Source of the DNA: Lytechinus pictus | Taxonomy: Eukaryota | NCBI RefSeq assembly: GCF_037042905.1 | Contig: NC_087251.1 | Span: 40,364,001-40,428,000 of the forward strand | DNA: 64,000 nt | Direction: 5' to 3' | Shown: piece after piece, positions 12,480-25,893 of the stretch | Layout of the letters: each line of letters opens with the position of its first letter | How positions within the stretch are numbered: position 1 is the first letter of the stretch | The notes under the pieces: generated by a model | Databases searched by the model: none | What the model was told of the DNA's origin: nothing | The model's input: the letters and a program-made list of their open reading frames with translations, nothing else | Made by a program: the position numbers and the translations under genes

Positions 12480-13720
12480 GAGCTAAACAGCTCGCATACT
12501 CTACCTATATTATGGTGCCTAAATTATGGTATCATATCAATTCACATACCATTATTTTACCGAATCACCGATGAATGACAAAGACCATGACTCGTATGAG
12601 TAGAGAATAATGCAGTATATATATACTACCAAGGCAAGGGTATACACCATAGACTTTGCGTAATACACACCAGTACAGTATACCCAGTCTGTATATATTA
12701 CGTGTGATTACAGAGCTAGCTTGAGCACAATCCAATCTGGCTCCCATATTCTAGACGTTCCGTGTCCTTAGGTCACCCCAGATCGTTGTCCTGAAATACA
12801 TTACGCAATCACTCTGGTATGCCCAATCATACACCTCCTTACAAACCATCGCCAGACGCGACTGTTTAGTACGATGTTGACGATTGGCTATACGTCAAGC
12901 TCAAGGCCCCCACAACGTAGTCCTTGTATACAGCCTAGTTCACGTTCAGGTCATCGAATAGGAAAAAGACTCGTTGTTCGCTCGACGGTGTCAAGGGCTA
13001 AACAGCTCGCATGCTCTCTACCAGACATTCTTCACTACAAAGTGTGTCAAACAGGGAGTACACACCGCTATCGTTTTATGTGATCATCAGGAAATTATAT
13101 TAGGAATTATCGGATTTTCTGCGGATTATTTTCTGCCATATACACATTTCAAAGGGATTCCCGCGACTTTGTTGCTTTGGCGGGCTGGGAGACTTCTTCA
13201 GTGCGAGGTAAGAATCATATATACACACAACGGATTTTGTGTATGTGTCTGTGCATGGACATGTATATACACAGGAATAATATTTTAACCCATATAGTTA
13301 CGTAAGGGTGTGTCGATTTTAGCCCTTTCTCATGCCGAAATCATAGCCACCCGAAAAAAACTTTCCGCGCTAACTTGTCTGCAAGAAACTTTGCTTCAGT
13401 CTTATTGGTTGTCAAATGATCAAGGAGCATTATTACGGGTTACGTAACATTGTGTAATATCTTGGTACCGTTATTTGCGATTCGCTGCAGCCATGTCTTG
13501 GTGCGGTGACGGACGCATCGCACATACGCGGCGACCATCCATATAGCTGCCTAATTTGCATACATAATGTGCTGCGAATTACTCACTCGCTATTCGTCCA
13601 TTTTGTTGAGAATAGCTCCCCGAGTCCCCGGGTGTCGTGGGTTTTCTTCTCTTTGTTGGAAAAATATTATCACAGTCGTTTTGGCGGGGAAGTTCTGACA
13701 GTGATCTCTCTAGCGTAGTA
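12480..13720 (+). promoter_or_regulatory. Probable promoter and non-coding first exon of the bZIP gene; splice donor at 13207/13208
   Basis: Repeat-free, CpG-rich island. Strong donor GAG|GTAAGA. PAR/C-EBP sites TTGCGTAA 12656, TTACGCAA 12801, TTACGTAA 13298 and 13440. The acceptor at 21740 needs an upstream exon. Confidence 0.5.
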
Positions 13721-14442
13721 CTATATTGACAATACAGAAATTTGTACATATAAAAAAAAATAGAATAGTATTATGATATTTAATAACAATACGAGACTGG
13801 AACTTTCTGGATTTCTGGTCTGGTTACTCGTATATTTTTATTTATAGGAGAATCCTCTAGATCGTCAAGCTAAACCCATATTATTGACCCAAAGTTTTTT
13901 TTTTTCTTCCAATTTTTTACCCCACTCTTTATAGGAGAGTTATACATAGATCTTGACCCATTCGTATATTTCAGGATATTATGCCCCGTTGATTTAACGA
14001 TTTAACGCAAGCAGACAAACAATTTATATTTTCTCTTATTTCGTTTTGGAATACGAAGATGGAAGATAGAAATGATTCAGGTTCGATATCGACAATCAAA
14101 CAACTAGCAAACCTATATACATTTATTTCACTTTGATTTCATGAAATTTTCCTGTCAGTATTAAAGTAGTACAACTTCGATGTATATATCTTTTACTTTT
14201 CATTTTATGCCTTTTGCACTTTTTGGTTGGGAGTTTACAAAATAAAGAGTTAAAAAAAAGTTTCCTTCATTGTTTTTTTTTTAATCTTTGAAATGTATAT
14301 ATAATTGTCACTGCCAAAATATTTTCATTATTTTACGTCATTCATTATCTTCATCTGCAGTGAAGGGCAATAAACTAAAGTTACTAAACATTTATGATGA
14401 GGGTTACAACGTGGAATGTGCTGCCTATGTTATACACCATTC

Positions 14443-14723
14443 ACTGTTGGAAAATTTATCCTTAAAATAAAAATAAGCTCCCGCAGCAGAGTCTCGAGAA
14501 CACCTGTAATCTTACCAGATTGCGTAATCTTACAGGAAATTGGTATTTGGTGTATGGAATCTTACAGATTTCCTTAAATAAAACACGCTTTTCCCCTTTT
14601 TAAACAGACCTGTTCTGTTAAATTGCAGGAAAATTCCTGTTTTATGAATTTACAGAATGATTCTGTTATTGCTTTCTGCAAAATCTTCTTTTTTTATCTG
14701 TAAAATTAGTTTTTTTAACAGTG
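14443..14723. mobile_element. Short CACTG...CAGTG MITE
   Basis: CACTGTTGGAAA ... TTTTTTAACAGTG|TA with internal TTACAG/CTGTAA repeats. Confidence 0.55.
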
Positions 14724-14819
14724 TAGGCAGCACCCAGTCCCTAGAATTAGAAATCAGGTTGGTTGGTAAGTGCAGAAATTTGACCCGAATCACTTTTTGG
14801 TGTTATTTTTTCAATAGCT

Positions 14820-16590
14820 GTACCCCAGACCTTTGTTATTCTTAGTATACATTAATGATATACATAATTCATCTCCCATTCTGTCTTTTATCTTATTGGC
14901 CGATGATACGAACAATAAAAATATCTCACAAGAATTTACCAGAATTGATAAACAATGAATTTAGAATTAAAAAAAAAAGTATCCTCATGGTTTAAATGCA
15001 GTAAGTTATCCTCACTTAACATGAAAACTAATATTAAGTCGGATGTCAAAAGGTGGTCCAATTTCGCGAACATAGTAAAAATGGTTTAAAAAAATCAATT
15101 TTGATATGTCATAAGACATAGGTATTACCATTCTGTAAATAATAATATAAAAAAATTAAGTCCCAAAATGGCTAATTTCACATCCGATTTTGATGGAATT
15201 TTCAGTGTTATGGTTGTTTGATTTTTCTCTTTTTATTCCACTCAAATTTTGTTGGGGGTGTCCTTTAAGTATAAATATTTTATCATTCACCACATCCACT
15301 GGCTCCTCTACCCTTGTAACTTCAAACTTAATGTGCTGTAGTTTTTAATCCTGATTATTATATTCTTATAATTTATATTTAGCCTATATAGTTCTAGCTT
15401 CAAACTGAGATCTTAGTCAAAATATTTGGTCTTGATGCTGTGATGTAGCAACAATTTAAGTTGTTCATCCTCCACCTTTTTGCATACCGAACTTTAAAAA
15501 ATGTGACCATTATGCATTTTCAAACTTCTCATAGAAATGACACTTTTACACAATACATTACAGTTGATAATGTGCCTTTAGATAAAAAGAAAAAAAAGGA
15601 ATACGTAAAATTCCTTATAAGTTATATGTAAAATTCCTTGGTATTACAAAAAACGGGCGTTTATCATGTACTTCACACATAAGTGTCTTCCTCTGTAGCT
15701 AAATGAATTTGAAATCTTTTACAAATTGAAATATTTCTTACTAGACTTGTATCACTAGTGTAACCTCATTTTGGTAATAGCTGCAAGACCTGCCTTGATC
15801 AGAAAAGAAAGCGGTTAGAAGTTGTTCCAAATCTGCATATATTTCTCATCATGCTCATACAGACAATCTTTTGTATCCTCTGGACAGAAATAGACATAAA
15901 TATGAATGACATTAATACCCTTCAAGTAGCACTTTTTATGCATAAATAAAATTATGACATACTTTGTCCAGTATTCACAGATTTTTTTTCATATAATAGC
16001 AATTAACCTTTACATCCAAGAACATGCAATAATTTTCACTTAAATAATTCTAGGACACTATTTGCACATAAAACACTATACTATCACGAACCTGATATTT
16101 GGAACGCTTTACCAGATTCACCCAAGCAGACAAGATCATTTGAAAGAATCGCAGTACCTAATGAATTTAATGTTTTTATTATTATTACTATCATTGTTAT
16201 TTTAGTGAGACACTGACTTTTGACTATAACATGTATATATTTGAAAAGAAAACAACAACGAAACTTATCTAAAATTTCATTTTAAGGACCAACCATGTCC
16301 ATAATTGCACCCCGGCTCCCAGTCCCTTCATGCACTTGCACGTTTAATGACAGTAGACATTAATTATTGCCTATTTTTTCTGATGACCCTTGCAACAATA
16401 TTATTCATTATGTAACAGAAAATACCACTTAAATTTGTTTTTTTTATATTGTGATACATTAAGTTGATTTACATACAAAATTATTTGCTCATTATCTTGA
16501 CGTCAAATTTTAGATATGTATTTTCTTGTGCAGATTTTTGTTTATGAAAAATGTTGCAAAACCCAATAAATAAAATGAAATGAAAAAAAA
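14820..16590 (+). pseudogene. Decayed 5'-truncated LINE (CR1/L2-group) ORF2 remnant
   Basis: Hand translation gives VPQ..PLLFLVYINDIHNSSPILSFILLADDTN (RT core), WFKCSKLSSLN, and C-terminal YYHEPDIWNALPD. Tail AATAAATAAAATGAAATGAAA. Interrupted by frameshifts and other insertions. Confidence 0.8.
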
Positions 16591-16773
16591 ATCGTTCCCA
16601 GGCCCTTGCCCCCCCCCCCCTTCACACTTCTCTCGTAAACAAACTGTACTGTGTTTGTGCATTGCTGCATGTATTGTACTGTCTGTAGAATTTCAGGTTG
16701 CCCATAATACAGTGAGGTCACCCGTTCGCTTAACTTTTGTCAACATGACCTGATACCCATCCAAAATGAGGGC

Positions 16774-17330
16774 TTAAAGGGATCGTCCAGGCTTAATAAA
16801 TAATAAATCTTAATAAATGGAGTAAAATCCACAGAGCAAAATGCTGAAAATTTTATCAATATCGGATAACAAATAACGAAGTTATAGAATTTCAAATTTA
16901 TCAATATTTTGTGAAGATATGCACATCGTCATGAATATTCATTAGGTGGGCTGATGATGTCACATCCCCACTTTCCTTTTTCTTATGTTATTACATGAAA
17001 TCATAGTTTTTTTTCTCATTTTTTTATACATCTGTAAATGATTTGTCTCCATTATGATGAAATAAGTTGCGGCAATGCACTTAATCCAATTGTTTTAGTT
17101 CTTGGTAGAAAAAAATTGAATAAACCTAATTTCATATAATAAAATACAAAAGAACAAGTGGAGACATCATCAGCCCATCTAATGAATATTCATGAAGGTA
17201 TGCAAATCTTTAGAATTCAATAACTTTGTTATTTGTTATCTTATTTTGATAAAATTTCCAGCATTTTGCTTTGTGAATTTTACTCTATTTATTGAGATAT
17301 AAATATCTCCAGCCTGGACCATCCCTTTAA
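16774..17330. mobile_element. Family A TTAA MITE (Kolobok/T2-like), full copy
   Basis: TTAA|AGGGATCGTCCAGGCT ... AGCCTGGACCATCCCT|TTAA with long inverted arms. Confidence 0.9.
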
Positions 17331-18290
17331 AAAGAGAGCTAAATAATACCTACGGCGAAACGAAAACAGCAATTTAAACATTTTTGTACCAGATTCATAG
17401 GTGGTTTGAATAAAAATGAATAAAACGGCAAATGAATTAATAAAAGGGCAAATGTGACTGAGGTATCAGATTCCTTATTGCGTCATTCTGGTAATATCAA
17501 TCTCGCACTCAAACACCAGAAAGATAAATTGTGACTACATGAGGTTAAAATAATAAATAAACCGAACTATCCTTAAAGGAGTATAGACCTACTCCAGGCT
17601 GAAAATCATAATTATCGAAGTTATTGAATATTAAACTTTGTTGCAATATTTTGTGAAACTGTTTTAGGTCCTATGTATTTTGTCATTCAGTATATGCTCA
17701 GAGGCTTATATTATGTTCCCACTTTCCATTTTCTTCTATTACATTAAAATAAACTAATGTTTTAATGTTCTTTTGTGAATCATAATTATATCCGTTTCAG
17801 AAATGATTCTTACATAATTGAAATAGTAGTGAATCCTATATGTTTTCATTCCCCTGCATGGTAGAGGGCAACATTAAATGATTATAATTTCATGCACAAA
17901 AAATAAGCGTTTAGGTTAGCTTTTGCATAATGAAGACATACGCGAGCTGGGAATATGATAATTTGAAGAAAAAAAAACCATGGAGTTAAAAGGTACACGG
18001 AAAAGGGTTATGATTACACTAAAATAAATTAGTTTACCGCAAAATATCCACCTTTGTACTACAGAAATGCAATATATCATTATTATCATCATCACCATCA
18101 TCATCATGCCTTAAATTTAGATAGATAAGGCAAGATTGAAAGTTCTTTATGTTCTGTTTAATGTGAATTAACTTTAAAAAGAGTTAAGGGCATGCATAGG
18201 CCCTTATTGGTTTGAAATGGAGCACAAACTATATGATCACTGGCGAATGAATGGAAGTTAGGACTTATGCATGTGATTTCAACTGAAGTT

Positions 18291-18848
18291 GGACACTTCC
18301 ACCCCAACAAAAAGTTGATTTGAATAAAAAGAAAAAAAATCAATAAGCCAAACACTAAAAATTTCATCAAAATCGGATATTAAATTAGAAAGTTTTGACA
18401 TTCACAAGTTTCGCTTAATTTCACAAAGCAGTTATTCACATCCTGATTGGTATGCAAATGAGGGGACCAATGATGTCACTAACTATTTCTTTTGTATTTT
18501 ATTATATGAAATATTCTAATATTCTGATAATTGTCTTGAGAAACCGTTTATTCCTCCCTGAACATGTGGTATTATGGTTCAGTCAATCTGATCCTTAATG
18601 TCAAATCTGTGTAAGTTGACATAATGTGTAATTCAAACAATTAAAAAAAAAGAAATAGTAAGTGAGGGACTTCGTCGACTCTTTCATTTGCATGTACTGA
18701 GTTGTGCATAACTGTTTTGTTAAAAGTAGCAAAGCTGAAAAATGTCATAACTTTCTTATTTCACATCCGATTTTAATGATTTTTCAGCGTTTTTTTAATG
18801 ATTTTTCTCTATTGACACATATCAACCTTTTTCTTAGGTGGACTTTAA
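18291..18848. mobile_element. Family B TTAA MITE, near-full degenerate copy
   Basis: GGACACTTCCACCCCAACAAAAAGTTG ... AGGTGGACTTTAA. Colinear with 28611-29138. Confidence 0.75.
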
Positions 18849-19412
18849 GTTTTCATTATGTCGAAACATTCCCCGTGAACAAATTGGTTTAAAGAAATAA
18901 TATTCACATATTATACCGCATTTAGCTTAGTATCAATTTGCTACAATGTTAGTTTTAGGATTATGGATTATTATGGCCACGTGGTGATATTGGTCTTTTT
19001 ATAATGCATCCGCGGGAATTCATTGCATGCATGACGCATTGGTTTATTCTTTTACACAAAGTTTTCAAATCAATGTTGTAAAATGAAAAAGACCAGTCAG
19101 TATGATTTGTATTCCAGCATCATGATAACAAATACTGTATAAAACTTTATTCATATTGTACATGATTGTATGCTGCTGTGTTGAAAACAATTTTTTTTTC
19201 GTTCCCCTCACTCTCCTCTTCCCCGCTCTCTCTCTTCCATTCTCTCCATTACTGAGCTCGCTGATTAAAAAAAGAAGAAGAAAGAAAGAAAAGGAAAACA
19301 AAAGAAGAAAAAAATGATCAAGAATTGTCTATTCACACAAGATAATCACATGTTAAACTTACTGTTTCCATTTTGGGCCTTACTGCAGGTAAATTGTGCA
19401 TTCAGACCACTT

Positions 19413-19945
19413 ATAAAGGGGTACTCAATGCTGAAAAAATATGATTAGAATAGATCAAGAGAAATCCGGCAAAGAAAATACTGAAAATTTGATCACAATC
19501 GGACAAGGAACAACAAAATCATGCCATTTTAAAGATTAGCATTATTTCGGTGAAACGGTTCTTCTTCCTGAATATCCAATGAGCAATTTGGAGTCATATG
19601 CCCTATTATGAAATTATACATATTACTTTTTTTTCCTCCAAGCATTAAATATATTAGATCGACAACTGATGTAATACATTAAATATTCATTTCTGCATCT
19701 TCTTTTACCATAAGGGAGACATAATCATAAACAATTGTATTAAAATATGAAATAATTACGATATCATGTAATGAATTAAGAAAAGGAAAGTGGGGACACA
19801 ACATTTTTTACATAATATTGCGAAATTTTAACATTCAATGACTATGTTATTTTTTATCTGGTTTTGAAGAAATTGTTACCATCTTGAGTGAATTTTACTC
19901 TAATTATTGAGATATAATTATTTTGAGCCCGGAGTATCCCTTTAA
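19413..19945. mobile_element. Family A-related TTAA MITE, older degenerate copy
   Basis: ATAA|AGGGGTACTC ... GGAGTATCCCT|TTAA with family A internal motifs. Confidence 0.7.
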
Positions 19946-19983
19946 CTCAAGTGAAGGGTTTGCACAGCAGACTGCCGATGGAA

Positions 19984-20433
19984 TAGACCAGTTCGTAGTT
20001 ACTCATGGACAATTTTCGGTCAAATGACCTTTCATTTCTTTCATTATGATAGGCAGATTTCAAAGCAAAATATTACGTAAGCTTGCCTTACATAGCAGGA
20101 TGAAGAAATTGAATAGACCAGGTGACTAGAATAGCACACCAATGAACACTTTATGAAGGTATTTGTTGCATTCCTACTTTGAATGCATACCATAGCATGT
20201 TGCACAATGTACTTGGCAAACTGTGAAAACCAGTCGTTCGTGGACGCGTTGTTGTTTTTTGTGGATGTAAATGAAAACCACAATTCAAAAGAATATATGA
20301 ATAATCAAGACATCAAAGTTGGTGCTTATCTCATTAGATTTTAAACCACCATGTCACTTTAGTACAAATGACCTTCCTCTGATCATGCGTAGAATCTTTT
20401 GATATTGCGCAGAAAGGAACTACGAACTGGCTT
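19984..20433. mobile_element. MITE with AGACCAGTTCGTAGTT termini
   Basis: TAGACCAGTTCGTAGTT ... AACTACGAACTGGCTTA. A matching end fragment lies at about 25893-25936. Confidence 0.7.
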
Positions 20434-20546
20434 ATTGTGAACATTGGTTCAACCACGAGCGAGGTCATCGAAATAAAAAAAGTTCAATGCGTTCACTAAA
20501 ATGTGTCAAACTTGTAGAGGGCGCTATTATAGCTCTGATAAATCTT

Positions 20547-20693
20547 GGTGCCGTGGCCGAGTGGCAAGTCCGGGGTTTGATCCCCGGCCGCGGCACCTAT
20601 GCCCGTGAGCAAGGCATTTAATCGACAATGCTCTATCCTGCATTCAAATAAATGAACATGCTTTATATGTGCATTCTTGGTAACTAGGTGTGC
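20547..20693 (+). mobile_element. tRNA-derived SINE, internally deleted copy (same family as 47507-48153)
   Basis: A-box GTGGCCGAGTGG, B-box GGTTTGATCCCC, shared body GCGGCACCTATG.CCGTGAGCA.GGCATTTAATCGACA. Confidence 0.75.
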
Positions 20694-20793
20694 AATTGTT
20701 TGTAAATAAAAAGATGAAGAACTTACGACACTGTAGCATGCCCATGCCAGTATCACTGTATTATTGCATATAGGTACCACGTACGTAAAACGT

Positions 20794-21623
20794 TTGAAGG
20801 GATACTCTGGGCTTAGGATATTTCTATCTAAGTAAATAGAGTAAAATTCACAGAGCGAAATGCTGAAAATTTCATCAAAATCGGATAACAAATAACGAAG
20901 TTATTGAATTTTAAAGAATGGCAATATTCAGGTGAAACAGTTCTAGGCATGTCTTCATGAATATTCATTAGGTGGGCTGATGATGTCACATCCCCACTTT
21001 CCTTTTTCTTATTATAAATGAAACAATTACGATTTCGTGTAATAAAGTTATTATTACACGAAATCATAATTGTTTCATATTTTCTTTAATGTGTAAATGA
21101 TGTGTCTCCACTATGATGAAATAAGTTGCAACAAGAAATAACTAATGCACTTAATCAGTTGTCAATCCAATTGTTTTAGTTCTTGGTAGAAAATTTTTGA
21201 AGAAACCTAATTTCATATAATAAAATACAAAAGAACAAGTGGGGATATGACATCATCCCACCTAATGAATATTTATCTCAATATGGTTTAGTAGAGAACT
21301 CTGTTTTACCTTTTCAACAAATATTTAATGTTTACCCTTCCACAAATTTTATATCATTTTGAATATAACTTTATTTTGTTAGTGGTCGCATTTCATAAGT
21401 TGGGTATGCAAAAAGGGTGGCGGATGAACAATTTTCCACACGGTGCCATTTATGGATAAATTGTTGCTAATCACAATATATTGCTAATCTTTAAAATTCA
21501 ATACCTTCGTTATTTGTTATCGGATTTTGATGAAATTTTCAGCATTTTGCTCGATGAATTTATGAATATTAATTCATTGTATGATTAAGATATAATTATT
21601 TTCAGCCCGGAGAACCGATTGAA
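20794..21623. mobile_element. Family A TTAA MITE with about 200 bp of unrelated sequence inside (about 21274-21476)
   Basis: Left arm colinear with 39193 onward. The right arm resumes at TTGCTAATCTTTAAAATTCAATA and ends at TTCAGCCCGGAG. Confidence 0.8.
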
Positions 21624-21740
21624 ACTGTTTCTCTTGAAACTGGCCGCTAAAAAGAATAGGATCCCAGCATGTTGCCAGAGTTGATGGATTCTTTGACTGA
21701 CCGAGTATTATTTTGTTGTTCCTCTCCTTCTCAAATACAG

Positions 21741-21857
21741 GGATATTAAACACAAGGACACCACTGGTTGAGAGGAAAGTTCAGCCTGTAGGGAGACAGG
21801 CAGAAACCATACGGTCATTTACATACCCTCGGCCACCACACGGGTCAACATACCAGC
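21741..21857 (+). other. Splice acceptor (21739-21740) and 5'UTR part of the coding exon of the bZIP gene
   Basis: TTTTGTTGTTCCTCTCCTTCTCAAATACAG|G. The in-frame TAA at 21747-49 shows that translation starts at or after ATG 21858. Confidence 0.7.
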
Positions 21858-23174
21858 ATGCCGTCAAGGAGGAAATGTGCTCATACGACCAAAATTGAAC
21901 GGGTTCCTAGCTATGCCGTCTACCATGGCGAGGAAGACCTGGATGATCGCCTTAGTAATGACGGTACACTCGACCTCAGCATCAAGAAAATCAAAAGGGA
22001 GCCTTCCGATGACAATATTGAGTTGTCTGGAGAAGGGATGTACCTCGGAGATGAGAACGATGTGGGGAATATTGATGCGGGAATTTCTGAAAAAGTAAGT
22101 GGAGGAAGTGGGGAAGAATTGTCAGAGGATATTGCGCCCCCTAGTGACCAGTGCGAGGCAAATGGGAAAACGGGAGCAGACGACGCAGATGCGAACAAGC
22201 CAGGAAGTCATTCAAGCAAACAAACCCCGGCCAGCGAAGGCAATGGTGAGGAGCAGATTGTCATAAACTGCAACGGACAGCCACTGAGCCCAGTCACAGG
22301 TCTACCACTCTTTCCTCAGTCTAAAGGAAAATCAACCCGACCATTTAAACTTTACACTTCAAATCGTGATCTTCTTTCTGGTATAACAACTCAAGGAGCC
22401 TCTTCTCTTGCAACGTACTCCGTACCCGTGGCTCTGACACCAGCTGTACCGGGAGCAGTCCCCATTACTTTCGCTTCCCTTCCCCTAGTATCAGGCGTAC
22501 CAATGATCCCAACTACTACGTCTCCTTCAACCACTACCTCCGCTTCATCGTCCAATGCTTCGACGGGCGCTGGTTCGATATCATCCTCCACCTCGTCTAC
22601 CTCCTCTACTACCACTACTGTGGGTGCAAAGACTACCTCGTCGACTACTGATGCTCACCTGATGACGCTAGCAACAGAAGCAGACAAGATCCTACGGGAG
22701 AGGCATGCCTCGGAGGAATCATCCATCGGTGCTACCTCGGACATGGAGGCGACTACCGGCGATACTTACAGCAGCAGCGGAGGGGAAGAAACCGCTTTAC
22801 TTGCAGGGGAAGTTCTCAAAATTCCCTCATTGGCTGGTAAGTCAGGTAACATGAACTCACTAACTTTCATCCAGAAGCGAGCCGTTGAAGCCGCCCAGTC
22901 TGTCACGAACCCACCGAAAAACAAGAAAAAGCGATTAGCTCTCCCAGAGACGTTGAAAGACATTGCATACTGGGAGAGAAGGAGGAAGAACAACGAAGCT
23001 GCAAAACGATCCCGGGATGCTCGCCGGGCCAAGGAGGATCAAATCGCCATCAGGGCTGCCCTACTGGAACAAGAAAATATGCGCCTCAAAATCGAAGTGT
23101 CAGCACTCAAAGAAGAAACGGTTAAACTACGATCTATGCTCTACGCAAACAACAACAGTCATGATGACAGTTGA
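21858..23174 (+). CDS. giant: PAR-bZIP transcription factor of the giant/CES-2 group, 438 aa, single coding exon
   Basis: C-terminal b[48 protein letters not shown]-terminal TLDLS (CtBP PxDLS-like) and TRPFKLY, resembling motifs of insect Giant. Exact orthology within giant/ces-2 needs a phylogeny. Confidence 0.85.
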   Translation: MPSRRKCAHTTKIERVPSYAVYHGEEDLDDRLSNDGTLDLSIKKIKREPSDDNIELSGEGMYLGDENDVGNIDAGISEKVSGGSGEELSEDIAPPSDQCEANGKTGADDADANKPGSHSSKQTPASEGNGEEQIVINCNGQPLSPVTGLPLFPQSKGKSTRPFKLYTSNRDLLSGITTQGASSLATYSVPVALTPAVPGAVPITFASLPLVSGVPMIPTTTSPSTTTSASSSNASTGAGSISSSTSSTSSTTTTVGAKTTSSTTDAHLMTLATEADKILRERHASEESSIGATSDMEATTGDTYSSSGGEETALLAGEVLKIPSLAGKSGNMNSLTFIQKRAVEAAQSVTNPPKNKKKRLALPETLKDIAYWERRRKNNEAAKRSRDARRAKEDQIAIRAALLEQENMRLKIEVSALKEETVKLRSMLYANNNSHDDS

Positions 23175-25195
23175 ACAAATGTTATGATTTTGTTACGCTT
23201 ATTCGCTGCATATTTACTGTTTTCCCCTTTTGTAAATGAACTTTGCCGACCTCCAGCTCTCAGATTAGTATGAAATCCAAATTTCACAATGAACGCTCCA
23301 AGTTCTTTATCGGGACATTTCATGATATTAATGCTGCATCCTTTTATCTTTATAAAATCAACCAGCTCTAAGTCTAAACAGTTATTGCTACATCTACACA
23401 TTCTTGGAATTCGACGCATTTTTTCAAAGGGATGCGTGTTTTATCGCCATAGGTACTCCCAAGTCCCCAACCAAAGTGCAAACTTTTGAATGTGAGTTGC
23501 GCCATACATTTTGATAGCAACGATGAAAACGAAGCCACGCTGTGTTTTTTGTATTTTGTAAAATGTAAATATTACAAATCATTGCCTTAACTTGCTATCT
23601 TGTATCGTAGTACGTCGACGAGGACTAGTCAGACTCTTGTAGATTACTAGATAGAGTGTACGTACTGAGCTGAGTGAGCTACATTATGTTATATTGCTGC
23701 AAACATTGCTAACATGCAACGTTTTTATCATGTGTATGAATTTGTTGAATTAGTCATTATACGACTGAGCTCCTTTTTGTTTTTCATGTGGTATAGTGAC
23801 GTCATTGTGTATATTGTGAATAAGGCCATTTCTCATCTTGATTCCATGATGTTCTCCAAGAACCTCTTCATATCTGTACTTGTTAATCTGTAAATATTTT
23901 ATTTTAGTATACGCATTTTTTCTTAAAGTTCATGTAACCATACACATAACTCAATTAATGTTCATTTCTCTTGGCTTCCATGTCCGCCTTACTAGTACCA
24001 CAGTCATATTATTTATTTCAGTCATTCATGCATTTCACTCTTATTTATTGGGAATAAGCATTCCATAAATGCTTTCCAGATGAATTATGTTGCATCGATG
24101 AAATGACTGTCTCAGAGATAATAATTATATTTCAAGGATGAAAAAGTAACTCCCATGATTTAACCATCTATGTACTTTGAAATGTCAGTTTTTAAAACAA
24201 TTAACTGCAAAAAGAGTTTTTATCTTGGAAATATTCAGTTGTTAACAAAACCGTATTATAGTTACAATTAATGGTTCCGGTAAATTAAGATAAATAGAAT
24301 GTATTCCTTTATTCGAATTATGAGAGAGAGAGAGCAGTGTTTCTATGATACATGAATCTATTTTTAAAAAACTGTTCAGCATTTACTGCTCTGAAGTATC
24401 GTATTTTACAACATTTTTTCTCAATTTTTACAATTATGATAGGTAAAATGAAAAAAATACTTAGATATGGTGTTTTATACAGTTCGTGGAAACAAATAAT
24501 GAATACATGATATTTAGATGAAGGTTAAGTACTTCTGTGAACTGAACTAATCATAATTCTTTTTAAAATCCTACGATATTTGTTGCTGATGTACTAGTTC
24601 CTAAACGGGTTTTATTAATTATCTTGCACAAGGTTTACGGATATTGCCATTTAAATTTTCTGCTAATATTATCCACGATAAAGTAGGAATGATGGAATTC
24701 TCTATGGATACTTATCTTTCATTGTTGGGAGGTAAGTCGTAAAATAACTAAATACATGTTGCTTTACTAGCGTAACTTATCATTTATTTTATGGAAAATA
24801 GCTTTCTGAGTTCGCTTATGTTCGCTCATTTGCTTCGTTCATTGTAAATCCTTTATTTTCATAAATTATGGCGCCAAACAACATTTTGTAGATTAAAATG
24901 AATTCTTGTTGAAATTTGACTTAACGCACGTTACTATCCAAATTGTATATCGCATTCCAACAGTTATGGATGATGTTTTGGTGATTGTGGCGATTGTTTT
25001 GTTGATATGTTGTATTTGAACCAACATGTCGAGAGTTGACATTTCTCCATGGTGATATGATCATTTACTTTGTGGATTTTTCGTCATTGTGTGTTGTACC
25101 TTATGAAATAACATGACATCATGACAAATGAACTGTATCGTTGGAGGAAAATTCTAGAGAAACAATGGATTCCAGAGATGATGGCGATTACTCTC

Positions 25196-25445
25196 TTACA
25201 TAAGACTGCGTCCCTCATCCACAAACCGCTGGTCGCGCATTGCGCAATATTATGTAAGTTGTAACGTTGCCTTGAATGGTATGTGCCCTCTCTCACATCG
25301 GCTGTGGCCAAAGAAGTAAAGAAACTATTACGTAACAAGGTTAGGGTACTTGGGGCGTCTTTTACCCGTGACACGGGATAATGTGGGTGCTTGATTGGGT
25401 GGGTGGGTGAGGTGAGAGGCCAACAGTCCAAGGTCAGCATATAAA
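25196..25445 (+). promoter_or_regulatory. bZIP site cluster with CCAAT and TATA elements
   Basis: TTACATAA 25196, ATTGCGCAAT 25239, TTATGTAA 25250, ATTACGTAAC 25327, ATTGG 25394, CCAAGGTCA 25428, TATAAA 25440. Confidence 0.5.
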
Positions 25446-25786
25446 CTCAAAAGAAAAAAAAAGTATTTAATTTCTTCCCTTTCACCCTCCCCCCATACAC
25501 ACCCTCTCCCTCTCTATTCAAGGAGCTTCTAGCTCCATTTCTCTCCATCTCCCTATTGTTGGATTTGACTTGTAATAAAGGTGGCGTGCTCACTTCAAAT
25601 TTAAATAGGCCTATATCATTTTTAACAAGTCAAACTGGACAATTAAGAGAAAATACAAACTGGATACAAAATAATAGTCCCAAAACTAGGAAATGTAATC
25701 CTGAATTATGAAGGCATTCTGTCGTGACTGAAAAGTTGAGACCTAAGCCCGGGAGGCGGGAGTGATACTGATGTAACCAGGGTAAA

Positions 25787-25893
25787 TGATGATGATGATG
25801 ATGATGGTGGTGATGATGATGATGGTGATGATGATGATGATGCTGCTGATGATGATGATGATGGTGGTGATGATCATGATGATCATCATCATC
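25787..25893. repeat. (GAT)n microsatellite
   Basis: Directly visible. Switches to (CAT)n at its 3' end. Confidence 0.95.

Noticed and set aside
21877..23187. Overlapping alternative-frame and antisense ORFs in the bZIP CDS
   Set aside because: Expected shadows of a GC-richer, low-complexity coding region.
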